This document shows, piece after piece, positions 37,001 to 51,446 of a stretch of 64,000 nucleotides of DNA. The translations under genes were made by a program, and so were the position numbers. The DNA comes from Lama guanicoe (Eukaryota), in NCBI GenBank assembly GCA_013239625.1, contig MU053385.1, positions 94,958 to 158,957 on the forward strand, given 5' to 3'. The notes below the pieces were generated by a model. That model made no database searches. It was not told the DNA's origin and was given only the letters and a program-made list of their open reading frames with translations. Within the stretch, counting starts at the first letter, position 1. Every line of letters starts with the position of its first letter.

Positions 37001-40000
37001 CTGAGAGGCTGGATGAACTTGATACGAGGGAGACACACGAGGGGGAAAAGGCAAACAGAAGCAGGAAAAATACAGAGCTACGCTATACAACCGAGAAATG
37101 GTCAAATAAGAAGCGGATGAAATGGGACGTGACTTCAAGACACTGTAGAGTCGAGTAAAAGAGAATCCAGTTGACCATGATGTTACTGAAATGCTCAGAC
37201 GATTTGAACAATTTGTAGGAAAAGAAATGCAATGGTCAGTAAATATCTGCAAAGACGCTGGACTCTGATAGTTTTAATGGGGCACCTTTAAACGTGAAAA
37301 CCCTGTGTGCGCTGGGCTGAGATGGAGCGTGCAGTCACACACACCGTGTGGCTTTGTGAGTCAGCATAGCATGTTTGGAGTCTGCCTCAGCCATGTCTGT
37401 CTGCACTCAAATGTGCGCTCCCAACTTTCAGTTAAAATGGCTGACTGCTGGCACCCACCACACGGCCTCACCTCATAGACAGAAGGGAACTGCAGGGGCC
37501 TGCTACCCACTCCAGACATCACTCTGGATCTGAGCCCACAGGGCACGCAACCCTGCCCAGGAGCCTGGACAGCCCAGACTCGGGCACCCCTGGTAGAGCA
37601 GGGGCACCTGCTGAATGGGGTGCAGGCCCGGCTGAACCTCTGGGCCTCCTCCCCACCCACCCCAAGGCACACACAGGAAGACAGACACTTCTAGGGGCTG
37701 GAGCAACCAAAGATTCAGATCGCCAGGTAGTGCCAACACCCCGGGACCCTGCACTGGCCCTTGCGCAGCTGGGCTCCCAGCATCCCTCTGTCTCCAGACT
37801 CCCTTTCAGGGACCAACAGAGCAGGAGGTCTCACGGAGACACAGTTTAGAGCAAAGCCACTGGCACACGCCTTTCTCAGCTATAGAAGGTGGCCAAGAAT
37901 AAAGGACATCAAAAGACAGTCTCTAACACCAGAATCAGAGACCAACCAAAGAAAGAGCATAAAAGAAACCCAGAAGGAACAGAAGCAATGCCAGAGGAGA
38001 AGGAAAAAAGGGAGCCACATCCTCAGACAAGAAGAGCCCCAGCATCCAGAAGAGGGGACTGTGGAGAACCTGCAAACGTCCAAAGGAGCACTCGGAAGTT
38101 AAGAACACAAGCAGAAGGGATGCGTTCAATGGAAGGACTGAAAAACAGAGTTGAGAAAAAAATCCCAGGAGCTGCAACAAGAATAGGAGAAATAAAAAAA
38201 AGTAAAGAAAATTAGGTGATCGATTCAGAGGTTTCAATTTCCAGACAAAAAGGATTCTATTGAAGGGAGCAGAGGGAACTGAAGCAGGAGGCTGTCAGAC
38301 ACAAGATGCGTGAAAATCACTCAGAACGGAATGACCTGAGGCTCCAGGCCCAGTGGTGCCGGCAATTTCTTTTCCCTTGAGCAACACTGATTCTCCGTGC
38401 CAGGCCTGCGGCAGGTGCTGGGAATTCAGCAGAGGACATGCACCACAGTTCCCGCCTGGGGAGCTGCCGTTTCTGTGAGGGACACTGTGAACAAATAAAT
38501 GCATGGCACGTCCTGGGTGGCGAGGGCGATGGAGGGGAACAGGGCAGGAGCGGGTTACCAGGGTTCTGGGCCAAGCGGCTAGGAGGCGGGGCCGCCGCAC
38601 GAAGGAGGAAACCGGGGGCCAAGCTTGTGGGCAGGGAAAGGATGGGGTGCCTGCCGGACAGCCGAGTGGAAGTGCCGAGCACGCAGCTGGATCTGTGAGT
38701 CTGGAAGTGAGTGAGAGGTCTGGGCTGGAGACAGGAGTGGGTCTGTCGGTGTATCTAGATGGCGTGTGGGATGGAGCCTAAAGTCATAAAAACAGACCCT
38801 GGGGCACGTGACATTTAGCGGTCGGGAGGATAGCAAAGGCCAGCGGCGGGGTCGGGGGAAGTGGGAAATTGTGTACCGCGGTGAGAGGATTTTTTGCACG
38901 AAATGTGACAGCGTGTTTGTGCGGTGGTGGAAGTCGTCGGCAGAGCAATCAGACTGGCGTGTGGAAGAGAGAGAGGTGAAGTGCTGAAGCGCGCCAAGTG
39001 GAAATGCACACCGAGGCCCACTGCTGAGACATTTCAGAGGACTGAGGACAGCGAGGGGACGCGCAGAGCTGGGACTGTGACAGCATCAGACCCGTGGAAC
39101 AGGACCCTGGAAGCCAGAGGCAAAACAATCCTCCAGCAGCCTGAGGAGAATGATACCCAGCTTAGAATTCTGTCTCCAGCAAGTGCTCAGCCAGGCCTCA
39201 GTAAGGAGGAAGTCAAGCTTGACTGGTTTCCCACGGACCCTCTCTCAGGAGGCCACGGGAAACCCTGGGGCCCTACAGGGCAGATGGTGGCGTGCTTCCC
39301 AGGATGAAAGGGCCAAGCACAGCCCCGAGGGGAGGGGACAGATGCCAGGAGGGCGTCTCCAAGGACCGCGTGACGTCTTTGAGCAAGCTGGGAGGAGCTG
39401 GTTTGTTCCAAAGTTCTGGAGAGAGTTTGGGACTGACTGGCAATAAGTATGTAGCTTCCAAAATTTAAGCGAACACAGAGAACACATGGAGCAATTATTT
39501 TCTTCAGAAAAGATGAAAAGAAGTGTGTTGATTGAACCAAAAAGGTTCATTTCCCTAACCAGAAAGGTGAGGGGAAGTGTGTGCAAATGTGTCACGTGGG
39601 ATGCCCACTGCAGCATTCTGTAAAATTCAGAACTGGAATTAACCCAAACGTCCACCAACTGAAGTGGCTAAATAAACACAAAAGAACGCTCATGACATGG
39701 TTTTAAAAACTAAGCCTCGCCACCCATGCAGATGTGGAAGATGCACGCAGAACATTCTCTGGGCAAAGCAGACACAATTATTTACACAACAAAACCATGT
39801 GTGCCAATAGGTATGTGTGTATGTATACTTAAACGTGTAAAAAATGCCTGGGGAGAGCCAGGCAACAGTTTCAGTGTCATCTCTGGGGACATGGATTGGA
39901 CAGCTGGGGGTTCACTGTGGGCTTCCTTCGCACCTGTCTGTATTGGGCTTCCACATGTTCCGAGAATGATTTGCTTTGAAAGTTAAGAAGACAGGTATTT

Positions 40001-43000
40001 CCCTTTTTAAGCAGGGGCAGACTGAGTTAGAGCAAGGCAGGCAGGGGCAGGTGGCTCTTACCTGCCCAGGATGAAGGCGATGTAGATGAGAGAGGAGAAG
40101 TGGGCAAAGAACTGCAGAGTGAAGAACTTGACGGTGAACTTGCTCTCTCGCTCAGAGAAGGTCCTGGGCTTCTCTGGAATGAGATTTGAGGCTGTCTTTC
40201 ACCCCGATGACAGTCCCATGCCCAGCCTGTCAACTGACAACTCAGGGACACCTGCCACCCTCACCTGCCTCCCGGGTCAAACCCCTGCCCTCTCATAGGC
40301 CCCCTTCCCCAACCCCAGGGCGCCAAGACCCCACCCTGAATCCTCCCCTCAGAAGCCAGAGAAGTTCCTCTCACCAAAGTCGCAAAGCTTCAGGGCTACA
40401 TACTTGTTGATCTGTGGGAGGGGAGAGAGAGGGCTCACCTTGGACCTCAGCAGAGCCCCATCGCCGCCTGCACCCTTCCCCCAACCCCTACCTTGGTCAT
40501 GATGAGGATGGTCACATACTGAACCAGGGCCCCGGTCACCACTACGGCCGTGGTCACCTGCTTCTTCGGGAAGGCCGAGTTGAAAAGAGCGACAGCCAGG
40601 ACGCGGTAGACCACCAGGGCGTGGGCCATGCCAATTAGGAGGCAGATCTGCCAGGGGCGGGGCAGGACGGACGGGGCCTCAGGAGATCGGCCCCACCTGG
40701 TGCAGCACCCCCACCCCATGGCCTCTCCAGGGATACCATCAGCAGAGACACGATGAGGATGATGGTGCTTCGCACGTAGGAGTGCTGGTGCAGCGGGAGC
40801 TGGTAGTCAGGGCAGTTAATGAGCTCGAGCGCCATTTCCTCCTGTGGAAGGCACGGGGCACCCTCAGAAACAGGACAACCTCAGAACGAAGCCCGCTCAG
40901 ACACGGAACTGCCTCAGACACATTAGACCGAAGTGTGGGGCCACACAGGGCACTGGGCCTGGTCACCCAGCTCAGCCTCACCTGGTCCTCGTCCCACCCG
41001 TAGAGGTCCCAGTGCAGGACCACATGGGCCCGCTTCCGCTTCCATATCTCCAGGAACACCGTGGCTGCAGCCAGGAGAAAGTAGAGGCCTCATGGGTGTG
41101 TCCCAGACCGGGTCCAGGGCCGATGTGGCCCTGGAGCTCAGTCCCGCCCCCCAGGTGTCCCCAGCAACTCACCCCACCCAGCCATGAAGATGGCAAACAC
41201 CACGGTGCCCTCATTGTCGAAGAGGTGGGTGAGCTGGGGAGAGGGGTGCGTGGAGCTGGGGTGGCCTTCCCCGCCCACCCCCACCCCTCGCCCTCGGAAG
41301 GGGAGCTGGCTCTAGGAGCCGAGCCTTGGCTTCCTCTTCTCTAGGAGGACCGGCCCGCCCCGTCTCCCCGCAGGTAGCAGCCTGAGTGGCCTCCCCGGGC
41401 GGCAAACCTTGGCGAAGGTGCAGGTTTCCGAGAGCGGCTGGTACCTGCGGCTGCCGTCACCACGCGGGCACATGTAGATGTTGTGGGCCTCACAGATCTC
41501 CTTGCTGTGGGCGCAGGGACGAGGTGGCACTTTTCTGTGGCCCCTCGGGGGACCCTACCCACCCGCCCCGNNNNNNNNNNNNNNNNNNNNNNNNNNNNNN
41601 NNNNNNNNNNNNNCCCCGCCCACGCCCGGTCCCACCCCTAACCTGATCTGGCTGGCGTCGAACAGGGAAAACCCGCTCAGGAAGATGATGAGGCCCACCA
41701 CTGCGGCGGGCACCAGCATGCGGGTGTACCAGCAGAGCCAGGCGAAGTACAGGGCCACCTTCTCACCAAAGTAGTCCCTACGGACACAGCCGCCCGGTCA
41801 GGGCCACTCCCACCAGGGTGACCGTAGGCGCCAACCCCTGGGGGGAGCATGCCACATGTCCGGGCAAGGAGTCTGTATTGACCGCATCAGTGTGTCTAAA
41901 TGGAAGCTCAGACATCTGTCTGCAGGAGGCGCGGGCGTGTTTGTGGAGGGCCCAGCCTGTCTGCGGGGCGCCAGTGTTACCTGATATCATCAAGTGGCTG
42001 CTCTTGGAACATGTTTCCCCACTGGGCCCACTTCTTCTTTAGGTCTTCCTCTCCCTGGGCACAGGTGACAGACAGTGAGAGCTTCCTGCCTCAGGTCCTG
42101 CCCTCAAGTCCTCTCCCTGCAGGCCCACCCCTCACCTTGTGTAGGGGGAACATGGCCTCAAAGACCCCATCCTTCACCAAATCCTGGAACGTGTCTGGTG
42201 GTCACAGGGATTCTCAGGTCAGAAGGGAGTGAGGGGTGAGGGAGGACTCTGTCCCATTCTTCCGGTGGGACTGCCCCTCCCGGTGGACTGCTGCATAGTC
42301 CACCCGCCCACCCTTTCCTTACCTGCCACTGCCATCTTGCTGCTCAGAATGAAGTGGACAATTCGGATTCTAGGACACAAGAGGCCCCATGTGACCCTGG
42401 TGGACCTGTCCTCTGTCTGGCCAGGTCCCAGACCACCTGCCCTGACTGCCTGACCAGAGTCCAGAATCCAGGACTCATTTCATTTCCACTAGCCCACTTC
42501 CCACCTCCTTCAATCCTCCCAGGGTCCAGCTGTCCCATGGTTCCAGGGTGGAGCTCCCTCAGGGATGGTCCCTCTCTTCCCAGGGCCCTGATGCTCAGCC
42601 TAACACTCTTTCCTCACAGACCCCTCCCAGATCCTGCACCTCCAATCACACCTCCCACCTGGAGCCCCCACCTATCCAGAGCCCACCCTTTATGTGCTTC
42701 AATCCTCTTTACACCCCTGTGAGCCATTTTGCTTATGGGGAGATGGAGGCTCAGAAATACTGAGTAACTTGGCCAAGGCCACACAGCCAGGAAGTGGCAC
42801 ATCTGGGCATCTGACTACAAAGCCATGCTCCTCTGAAACATCCGCCTATGAGACACAGCCCCCCGAGGGTTCCAGGGCACCCCCCACAGGCTTCTCCTCC
42901 CAGGACACACTGAGGTCCTGCCCAAGACCAGCTAGTTCTCCTTAATAGGAAGCGCCTCCATTGCCGGGTATCCAAATTCCAGGAACCTTCTTTGCTGATC

Positions 43001-46000
43001 TCTACTGACCAGACCCCAGATTAGTTCAGAGGGAGGGGACTGGGGCCGGGAAGGTGATAGAGGAGGGATGTGGGGAGGGCAGGTGGACTGGCTTGGAGGG
43101 CTGCAGGATCCACGGGGAGAAGCAGGTGCTTGGAGAGAGGAGGTGTTGGGTGCCTGAGAGGCAGAGGATAATGTCCAGGGAGGGGACAAGTAAGTCGGGA
43201 CCCAAATCCAGGGAGTTGACCTCAGAGTCTGGTAGGGATGTCTGGGAGGGTCCTCTCATCCTCTCCAAATCCTGCCCACCCTTTAAGGCTGCCTTCTATT
43301 CTCCATCTGGGGGACACAGTCACATGTACCTTCAGACACTCCCAAGAGGTGAGAACTGACATTTTTCTTTATCACAGACATGGAAACTGAGGCACAGACC
43401 CCTGCCCCTGGGGCCTCTGTCCTGAGACCACGCCTGGGAGCCTGGCTGCCTGCCTCGGACAGGCACGTGGTGGGTGGGGGTCCTTCTGGCCCCAGCTGTG
43501 GGCCAGCCTCTCACCTGGTGGTGGCTAGGATGAGAGTTGGCTTGGCCAGCTCCACTCTGGGCACAGGCCCCTCGGGCTCCGCGAGAAGCATGCAGTACAG
43601 GTCAAAGAGCCTGCTGTCAGCTCGGATCCCAAAGAACATCTTCTCCTGGTCCTCCATCACCTGACGGTGCGGCAGCATGGGGCCCGCTACTCCACCTTGG
43701 GACCCTCCCCGTCATCCAAGCCCAGTGGCCTGTCGCCTCTAACTCAGGCACAAGGCCACAGACCACTCTCCAGACTCCTCCCCAGGACCCATCCAGCCCC
43801 CATGACCCCTGCACCCACGCGAGGCCCCCAGCCGGCCCACCTTGTAGTAGAAACCCTTTGTCTTGAGCTCTTCCAGGAACTGCTGCTGCTGGTGGACCTG
43901 CCTGGGGTTTCTCTGGGTGCGAAGATCGGCCACAAGGACATAATCCCACTGCTCAGAGGCCTCAGTCTGGAGAAGGAGGTGTGGGGCATGGGGCTGGGAC
44001 CAGGGCAGGCCGGGTGCAGGGCATGGGGGAGTGGGTGGCAGCAAGCCCAGGACGTGTCAGGGTGGAGACTCACTTCAGAAGTATTGATCTCCATCAGTGG
44101 GAAGCTGTCCCCTTCGGTCCCCACCAGAATCTGGAGGCTCTCTTCACCCTTGGGGGAGCAGACAGAGATGGGGCTCATCACTGCAGCAGGATGCTGCCTG
44201 GGCCAGGTGCTCCAGCACCAAAGGGGTTAAAACGCAAAGCTGGGGTGGGGGTGGGGAGTTGGTGGGTGGGGACTGAGTGCTTGCACTGAGGCTACAGCCC
44301 AAACCACAGGCAGAACTTTATGTGGAAATATATACAGAGCGCTCCCGGGATCCATAAGGAAAGGCAGCCTAAAATGGCCAGAGGTGGGAGTCTGCCCTTC
44401 ACAGAGGTGGAGCCCTCAGAAGGCGAAGACAGAGCCATCGGGGAAAGACCGGTCAGGTGACCAAAGGGGCACCACCTTCTATCCATTTGGTAGCAGACAT
44501 TTTACTGGTCAGACAGCTTCAAAAGCCTGGGTGACCTATAAAAATATTGAATCACTCTGTAGTACACCTGAAACTAACGCAAGATGGTAAATCAAGTATA
44601 TGCAAAAAAAAAAAGCCCACGCAAGTCAGCAGGATCCCCACGTGTCGCCCGGGCACACGCACCGGTGCGTGAATCTGAGGAACAAAACTGAACATTCTAG
44701 ACGCCATGGTCCGCCACCATTGGCGAAGTTCCAGGGAGCTCAGAGTAGCATGTTCCATATCAGAATTGTAGAAGTAACCTAAATTCCCATCGACAGGCAG
44801 GTGGACAGACACTGCTGTCCCCACACACTACAGGATCGTGAGTGGGCCGCAGCCACACGCGGGCCCTGGGCCAACGTGACTTGGCGGGCACCGAGTTTCC
44901 TAAAAGTATGTCGGTGCGAACAGTGTAGGAGTGACTGCTGCAGCTGCATCCGGGACGGTTGACGGCCACTGAAGTCAGCAGGCAGAACCTGGAGAGGGAG
45001 GGGGATCTGTGCGCAGCCCCTGAGCCTCCCCGCCTGACTGTTAGTGATTGTGGCAGCTGTGGGAACATCACTCATTCCTCCACACTCCCCTCCGGGAGGT
45101 GGAGTGTCAGCCTCCCTTGCTGAGCGGTTGAGTGTGAGCTGGACTCAGTGACTAACGGAGAAAGTGTGGAAGGGAAAAGGAGTCACTTTACAGAGGAACC
45201 TGGCAGATGCCCCCAACCCAGGTGGTGAAGGTCAAGGTCACGGTGATGTCATTCAGATGTCAGGGGCCCCCTGCCAGGATGTGACATAACGTATGAGATT
45301 CCCCACCCGAAACCCACCACCCTGCCTTGGCGTGAGAAGATGTCAGGGGAACTTTCATCAGAGCCTGAGCAGACAGGTCAGATGGCCACGGTCAGGGAGG
45401 AAGAGGGGGCCGTGGAGACGTGAGGGGGAGTGCCGGAGGGCTCCCGCAGGTCGGTGGGGGGGGTGCAGGGCACAGGGAACCCCGCACGTCTCTACAACTC
45501 TGGAGGAATGCTTACAGACAGAGGGACAGGTGGATGTGGGAAAGCGCACAAGCAGGAGAGCGGGGAGGGAGGGTACTGTGATTGGCATCCAGGTCGGGAC
45601 GGAGGGGTGGGGGCGGGTCTTGGGGCCTCATTTACTCCCAGTGAGAAACAGGAGAAACAGCAGGCTCTGAGGGCCTGAGACAGAGTGAGCCAGGGCCCCT
45701 TCTCTGGAAGAGCCGCGTCTGAAGGAGGTGGGGGACAAAGGCAAACAGTCAGAGCAGGCCATGTGGGGTGGGGGGGGAGCCCTGGGGCCGAGGTGAGGGG
45801 AAAGGGGGTAGCTTCGGAACCAAGAGCCCAGCAGACGCCTAGGCCGCTTGTCCTCGGGCGAGGTCCCACCTCTCCCAGCCCCAGGCAATGATGGTGTCTG
45901 CCCCACGGCTGGAGGTGATGCGTGAAGCTTCCTGTGGCCCCAGTACGGAGCTGACCAACCTGTGTGCTTATGAAGGGGGACCCCAGCCTGTGTCCCAGCT

Positions 46001-49000
46001 AGCAGCCCCCAGGGAGGCTCAGGGGCCCCAGAAGGATGGGGACCCGTCATGGTCCCCGGGGTAGGGATCTGTGGAGCACCCTGAGAACCATGTCCATTGG
46101 AGCACCCCGCCTTGCCCTGAATGGTTTGGACGCCACCAACCCCACTGTGGCCCCCACTGGCCCTGGGCTTTGTAGTGGCCTCCTGCCAGCCTACCACCCC
46201 CTACCACCCCACGGTGGCCCCAGCCCCTCTCCCGGCTCCCAGGGCATCACACCCTACCCCAGTCACCCCAGTTCTCTCTGCCCTGCCCACCATCAGGGCT
46301 TTGCCCCTGCTGGTCCCCCCACCTGCTCTGCCTTCTCTGCCCAACCACATTCCTGCCTAGCTCAAGACCAGCCTCCTCCAGAAAGCCTCCCTGGACTGCT
46401 CCAGCCGGTCTGCCCTTGAGGGCTGCCAGGTAAAGTCAGGCACCCAGTCACACGCAATAAGTGGGACATACTTATACTTAAAAAAAATTGTTGTTTATGT
46501 GAAAATCAATTTAACTAGATGCCTGTTTTTTATTTTGTTTCGCTAAATCTGCAATGCCACTCCCACCTCCCACCTCCCCCATAAACACCAGGAACTGTGG
46601 GGTCCAGGACCAGGCCTGGGTCTGCCCTCTCCGCCGTCTCAATCACGGAAGCCAAGAAATGCATCAAATCCAACCACAGAACAGCAAGCTCTAGGTCATT
46701 GGACACCAAGTCATGGGGCTAATGTAGACACGGTCTTTGTGGCCCGAAGACGCAGTGTAGCCCCACCTGGGTGCTGGGATTCTGGCCCCAGCAGCTGTGG
46801 GGCTCACCAGGCCAACTGTCCCCGCCTCCCTAGAGTGCCACCAGCCCTCCTCCGACAGCACCCCGCTCCTGCTCCGGCTCCAGGCCCCTGCCCTCCCACT
46901 GCCCACAGAGGTCTGCACGCAGGATGACTGGGTCTCCTCTGGTCTCCAGCCAGAGGAGGAAGCTGCATTCTCAGACAGGTGCATAGCGGGGGTGGGGAGG
47001 GGCGGGGCGGGGCCGGCCTGGGCCAAGGGCCTCTGTCTCGGGGAGAAAAGCAGACTTTCAGGTAGCTGGGGACAGGGCCATGTGCGTCCCCCACAGCCTG
47101 ATCTGTGCCTTGCCCACCACAGGGCCTAAGTTCCGTGCTGTACAATTTGTGAGTGGGGCTGATCCTCGTTGGCCCTTGGACCTCTTCCTCAGGAGGACCC
47201 TTTGAGGGTCCCTTGGGGGCAGTCCCACAGAGGCTGAAAGGAGAGGCTCCCACACGTTAGCGCCAGCCTGAAGCTGAAGACATTTGCCGAGGGGACCCCA
47301 AGGTGGAAAAGGGCGGCACAGGGAAGTCAGACTGGGCAGGACTTTGGGATCCGGACAGGAGGAGAGAGCCTGAGGAAGAGGACTGGGGAGAGGGAGGCTG
47401 GCCCTCAGATGGCTCCAGAAATGGTGCTGCTAGACCTGGTGCAGCTCTGGGGTCCCCCACCAGGAACATCACACAGCTCTGGGATGTGACCTGGACCAGA
47501 GTCACTGACCCCCAACATTAATTCAGGCCACTAGACAGGGAGACACAGAGATACCCCCCGGGTCCCCTGGTCGTGACCTGGTCACCCCTTGGCAATGGGC
47601 CAGCTGTCACAGGGGCAGCCACACCAGATCCCCTGGCCCAGCCCTAGTCAAGCTACCCCACACCCCACAGCCAGATGGGAGCAGGTTCTGAGACTGCTTC
47701 ACGCACACTCTGGGCTCACCAGCCCCACCCCCAGGCCATCTGCTACATGCAGGGCCCCTCTCTGGGCCACAGCCACAGCCTCAGTCTCTAGATCAGGCTG
47801 TCCACCTGCCCACCTGTCCTCCAGAGAGAGAGACCTTCACGGATGGGGGCCAAGCTCATCTGAAGTCGCCCCCACCTCCAGCCAAGCCAACTGCTCGGTG
47901 CACCCGAAACAAGGAGTCTGGGACCCCTGTGTCCCATCCATCAGGCCCCACCTCCAGGAAGCCACATGTGCCCGTCAGGCTCCCAGACCCAGGGCAGGAG
48001 GAGCTACCTCAGCAGACTCAGTGCTGGGATCCCAGCCCTGCCACATCCAGACCCCCAGCAAGCTCCTGCAGTTGGGCAGGGGGGTGTGGGCTCTGGGCAC
48101 CCAGCTCTGGGCTCTCTGTTGCCCTCCCTTCACCTTCCGGCCCCAACCCCTACCAGCCACACACCCAGCAGGCCGGGGCCAGAGTCCCAGGGGGCTCACT
48201 TACTGGCTCCAGATAAGGAAACTTCTTAAGATGCTGCAGTTCTTGGGAGACCTTCCCAGCCTTGGGGATCTGAGCTGGGGGAGTCCTGCCTCTGTCCGTC
48301 CCTCCCCAGTCCAGCTTCCAGGTCACTGGCGGAGGCCATGGAGGTCATTGTGCAGGTGTGACTGCTGCCCAGTCATGACCAGTCCTGGCCCAGTGTGCTC
48401 CGTGGAGCACACACATGGGACGTCACCCCAGCTGCATACGGCACACATGGACCTCCCCTCATCGTTCAGGGCCTCCTCCCTCTGAGGGTCAACCCACAGG
48501 CCTGGCGCATGCTCTGGGCCCACCTGGCTGGGCCCCAGGAGCACGTTGCAGTTGCAGCGGCCGTCCCACCCCCACCAAAGAGCACAAACACGGAGAGGCC
48601 CACCCTTGCTTGCCGGGCCCCTTACCCCTTCCTGAGCAAACCCCCTACCTGGCGTTGCCTCCTGAGCTCTGAACCTCATCGTCTGCCCCTCACCCTCCTT
48701 CAGCCCCTCCTGCCCTCCATCCCTTCTGCTGTCCATCTGTCTCAATTGTCATCCTTCCACATGCCTGTCCATTCATCCACCCCAGACACCAATGATGCGG
48801 CCAGCTCTGGGTGCAGCCCTCACAGGCCGTGCACGGTGTGAGTGGACACAGGGGCCTGGAGCGGCAGGTGCCTCCTCGGCGGGGAGGCAGCCTAGAGCTT
48901 GGCCTTGTAGTGTGGACAGGCCCTGAGGGGCAGCGTGCAGTTGGTGTCCAGGGACTTGGTACTGAGTATCTTCCAGCGACTCCGTACTCAGCACCTCTAA

Positions 49001-50109
49001 GGACTTGGCACTCAGCACCTCCCGGGATTTGGTAGTATGCCCAGGGATTCACTACGCAGCACTCCAGCTTTGCAGAAGCGCAAAGGGCAAGAAGGCAGCT
49101 GCCAGGAGGTGAGACTGGGGGCTGGCAGAAGCCAGATCACAGAGGGCTGCTCAGGCAGCTGGGGGACCTGGACTTGAGCTGGGACCACAGGGAGCCTGGA
49201 AGGGACTTGAGTGGCGGAAGGGCCACCAGGTTCCCTGCTGTCTGCAACGGTTCTTTTCCGAGGATTGATTCTCTTGCCTCAGTCAAACCAAGTGCTTCCT
49301 CACCCCACTCCCCGACCCCCAGCCACCAGCCCCAGTCTCTCTTCCACCCCAGAACAGGGCTGCATGGGAGGGAGGGGCAGGCCAAGGTGTGCCCACATGC
49401 TCGCCTGAGCAGCCAGGGCTCCAGAGCTGGTCCTGGAAGGGCCCAGAGGGCCTTGGGCAGAGGCAGGGTGAGAGGCCACCCGTTCGGCCCACACCCAAGT
49501 ACCCTGAGGAGGGTGAGTGGGAGGCTGGTTTCATTCTCCACCCGAGCACGGGTCTCCTCCCAGGGACGCCCAGGCACAGCCCTGGGCGCAGAGACCTCTC
49601 CCCCGGCAGAGGGGAGAAGGGAAGTCTTCCCAGGGTGTTCTCCTGCCCTGCCCCCAGAGGCAGAATCCAGCAGCCCTTGGCTGGCCCCCACCCCTGCCTG
49701 GGGCAGACCCCCGGGGAGTAGGGGCTCAGCTGGCCACCCTGGGCCTCCCCAGCCCAAAGTCAGCCCACCCTGGAGGCCACATCCCACTCCCCTCAGGGCA
49801 GAGCTGCAAGGTCTGGGGTCCCCACCCTTCTGCGGAGCTCAAGGCCCCAGGGGTGGCATGCCTTCTGTATCTAAGCCCCCTCACTCACTAAGAGCCCCGC
49901 TGGACAGGAGAAAGCTGCCCTCCTCTGTCCTTCCCCAGTCCCAGCTCACTGGGAGCTCTGGCCAGGCTCTGACCTGCTTCATCGCAGGGCGGGCTGGAGG
50001 GGACCCCCACAGGCACCTTCCAAGTGAGGCAGGCAGAGCTGGCAGGAGGGACCTCAGGTGAGGACCCCTGCCCAGGTGGGTGTGGCCACAGGCGCAGACT
50101 CACCTGCAT
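31017..50109 (-). CDS. ANO9: Anoctamin-9 (TMEM16J), complete, 24 coding exons, 748 aa
   Basis: Exons 50109-50104, 44148-44074, 43966-43841, 43660-43515, 42369-42323, 42194-42136, 42054-41981, 41777-41643, 41504-41408, 41233-41173, 41064-40982, 40841-40737, 40647-40492, 40411-40375, 40173-40062, 33846-33789, 33694-33597, 33496-33357, 33273-33121, 32345-32198, 31630-31529, 31456-31363, 31240-31128, 31038-31017. Total 2247 nt. Motifs [21 protein letters not shown] and NLVEIRLDA; ends RSTDV-TAG. Confidence 0.95.
34568..35006 (+). mobile_element. MaLR solo LTR (MLT1-type)
   Basis: TG...CA ends; hallmark ctggattagcccag, agagcctccaga...cagccctgctgacacct and ttttaaagccactaagt. Confidence 0.8.
35575..35750 (+). 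mobile_element. MIR remnant
   Basis: ctgtgtgagcct...taacctcactgtgcct...taaaatgggga...atagggctgttgtg. Confidence 0.7.
41571..41613. other. Assembly gap (43 N) in ANO9 intron 8
   Basis: Run of N between C-rich flanks; no exon affected. Confidence 0.99.
42680..42835 (-). mobile_element. MIR remnant
   Basis: ggggagatggaggctcagaaa...gtaacttggccaaggccacacagccaggaagtggc. Confidence 0.7.
44530..45400 (+). mobile_element. LINE-1 3' fragments (short young 3' end at about 44530-44614 plus an old L1M piece)
   Basis: aatattgaatcactctgtagtacacctgaaactaac...polyA; downstream diverged L1 3'-UTR-like sequence. Confidence 0.55.
46419..46558. mobile_element. hAT-type MITE (MER53-like)
   Basis: agggctgccag...gggacatacttatact...ttgtttatgtgaaaatcaatttaact...gctaaatctgcaa, matching the recalled MER53 palindromic arms. 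Confidence 0.7.
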
Positions 50110-51446
50110 GCTGGTGGCTAAGGTGCAGCGCCTATGGGAACCGGAGTGTGGCTGTGAGACCGCCCAGTGCTCTTACCTGACTTCCGCATGGGACTCACCC
50201 CTCCCTCCTTCCTCCTCGTTCCTCAGGTTCCTGCGCTGCCAGTGCAGCCAGGGAGGAGCCAGTGGCCCGTGGGCCGGAAGGCACACCCCTCACCCCAGGC
50301 CCCAGGGCCTAGGACACCTTCCTGTGGACCCCTCCCCCAACCAGAAGCTATCACCCTCAGTTGCAGGAGGGCGGCTCCCCGGCTCCCTGGCTCCAGGGTA
50401 ACTCGATGTTAGGTTGGCATCCTCTTCAGAGGGAGGGGGCATCTGCGCATTCTCCATGTCTCCCTCTCCCTGAGGACCTTCACTCTTCCTGACCCTAGGG
50501 CACACCCTCCCCAGGGGCCCCTCCAGAGCACCCAACCTCCAACCCTCCCAAGTCCAGTGCTGACTCCCTTGGAGGGGAAACTGGGGCCTGGAGGACTGAG
50601 GGTGAGCCAGACCCCAGGAGGAAACAGTTTCCTCCCACCCTGAGCCCCGGCTACGTGGAGCTCAGCTCGGGGAGGAGAGCCCTTGGGGCCCTGAGGACAG
50701 GCGGCTGGCCCTGGGCCGTATGGAAGTCTGAGAGGGCAGCTCTGCCACATCCTGTAGTCTGAGGGCAGCAGCTGGAGAAGGCTCTGGGCCACCTACCTGA
50801 CTGCGCTCTGGGACAGTTGACTGCCCCCAACAGGGAAGTCGGGTATCTGGGCTCCAAAGTCTGCTGGGAAGCTGAGGACACAGGGCCTGAGCTCAGCAGC
50901 AGAGATGTGTGGAAATCTTGAGCAGCAAGGGGCAGCTGGAGGAGAGCAGGGAGCACCCACAGTGTCACCGCAAGCACATGGACCCACCACATGGTTCAAA
51001 ATGGCTGCTCAAGCTCCAGGCATCACATCCACATCTGAGCAGGAAGAGCAAAGGATGAAGGAGGGGTGCTTCACCTGTGCGTGGTTAGTCACATGGCCAG
51101 TCACCCGGCCGTACCTATTGCAAGAAGGCCTGGGCAGTGTGATCACTTTTCCTAAGAAGAAGGTGGAAGGACCCCAGGGCCGCTCGGCAACCTCTGCCCC
51201 CAGCCAGGGGGCCTCGAATGCTGTGCTAGCTCTCAGGGACAGTCAGCGGGGCTCTGAGCGTGAGTAACCAACCTCAGGATCCGCATTACCGACCAGCGCC
51301 TGGACTGTCCATCTCAGCCTGCTCAGGACAGTCTGCATTCACACTTTCATTGCGTTAAAACAACCCACTAGCACCCCAGACTCGAACATCATCACAAGAG
51401 CCTACACGGCTGTTCTCTTTTTCAGTGTCTTTATTCAGCATTCCCA

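Larger units (their letters stand above)
34130..39980 (+). mobile_element. Cluster of old LINE-1 fragments (ORF1, ORF2 and 3' pieces) filling ANO9 intron 15
   Basis: A-rich L1-like segments, e.g. atgattatgtatctggaaaacc (ORF2-like) and aaagagaagatcctgaagc (ORF1-like); younger L1 3' end at about 36068-36235 (gggaactatattcaatatcttgtaataacc...A-rich tail). Confidence 0.7.

Noticed and set aside
47589..50061. 298-aa and 295-aa + strand ORFs in ANO9 intron 1
   Set aside because: Non-ATG starts, low-complexity composition, no recognisable homology
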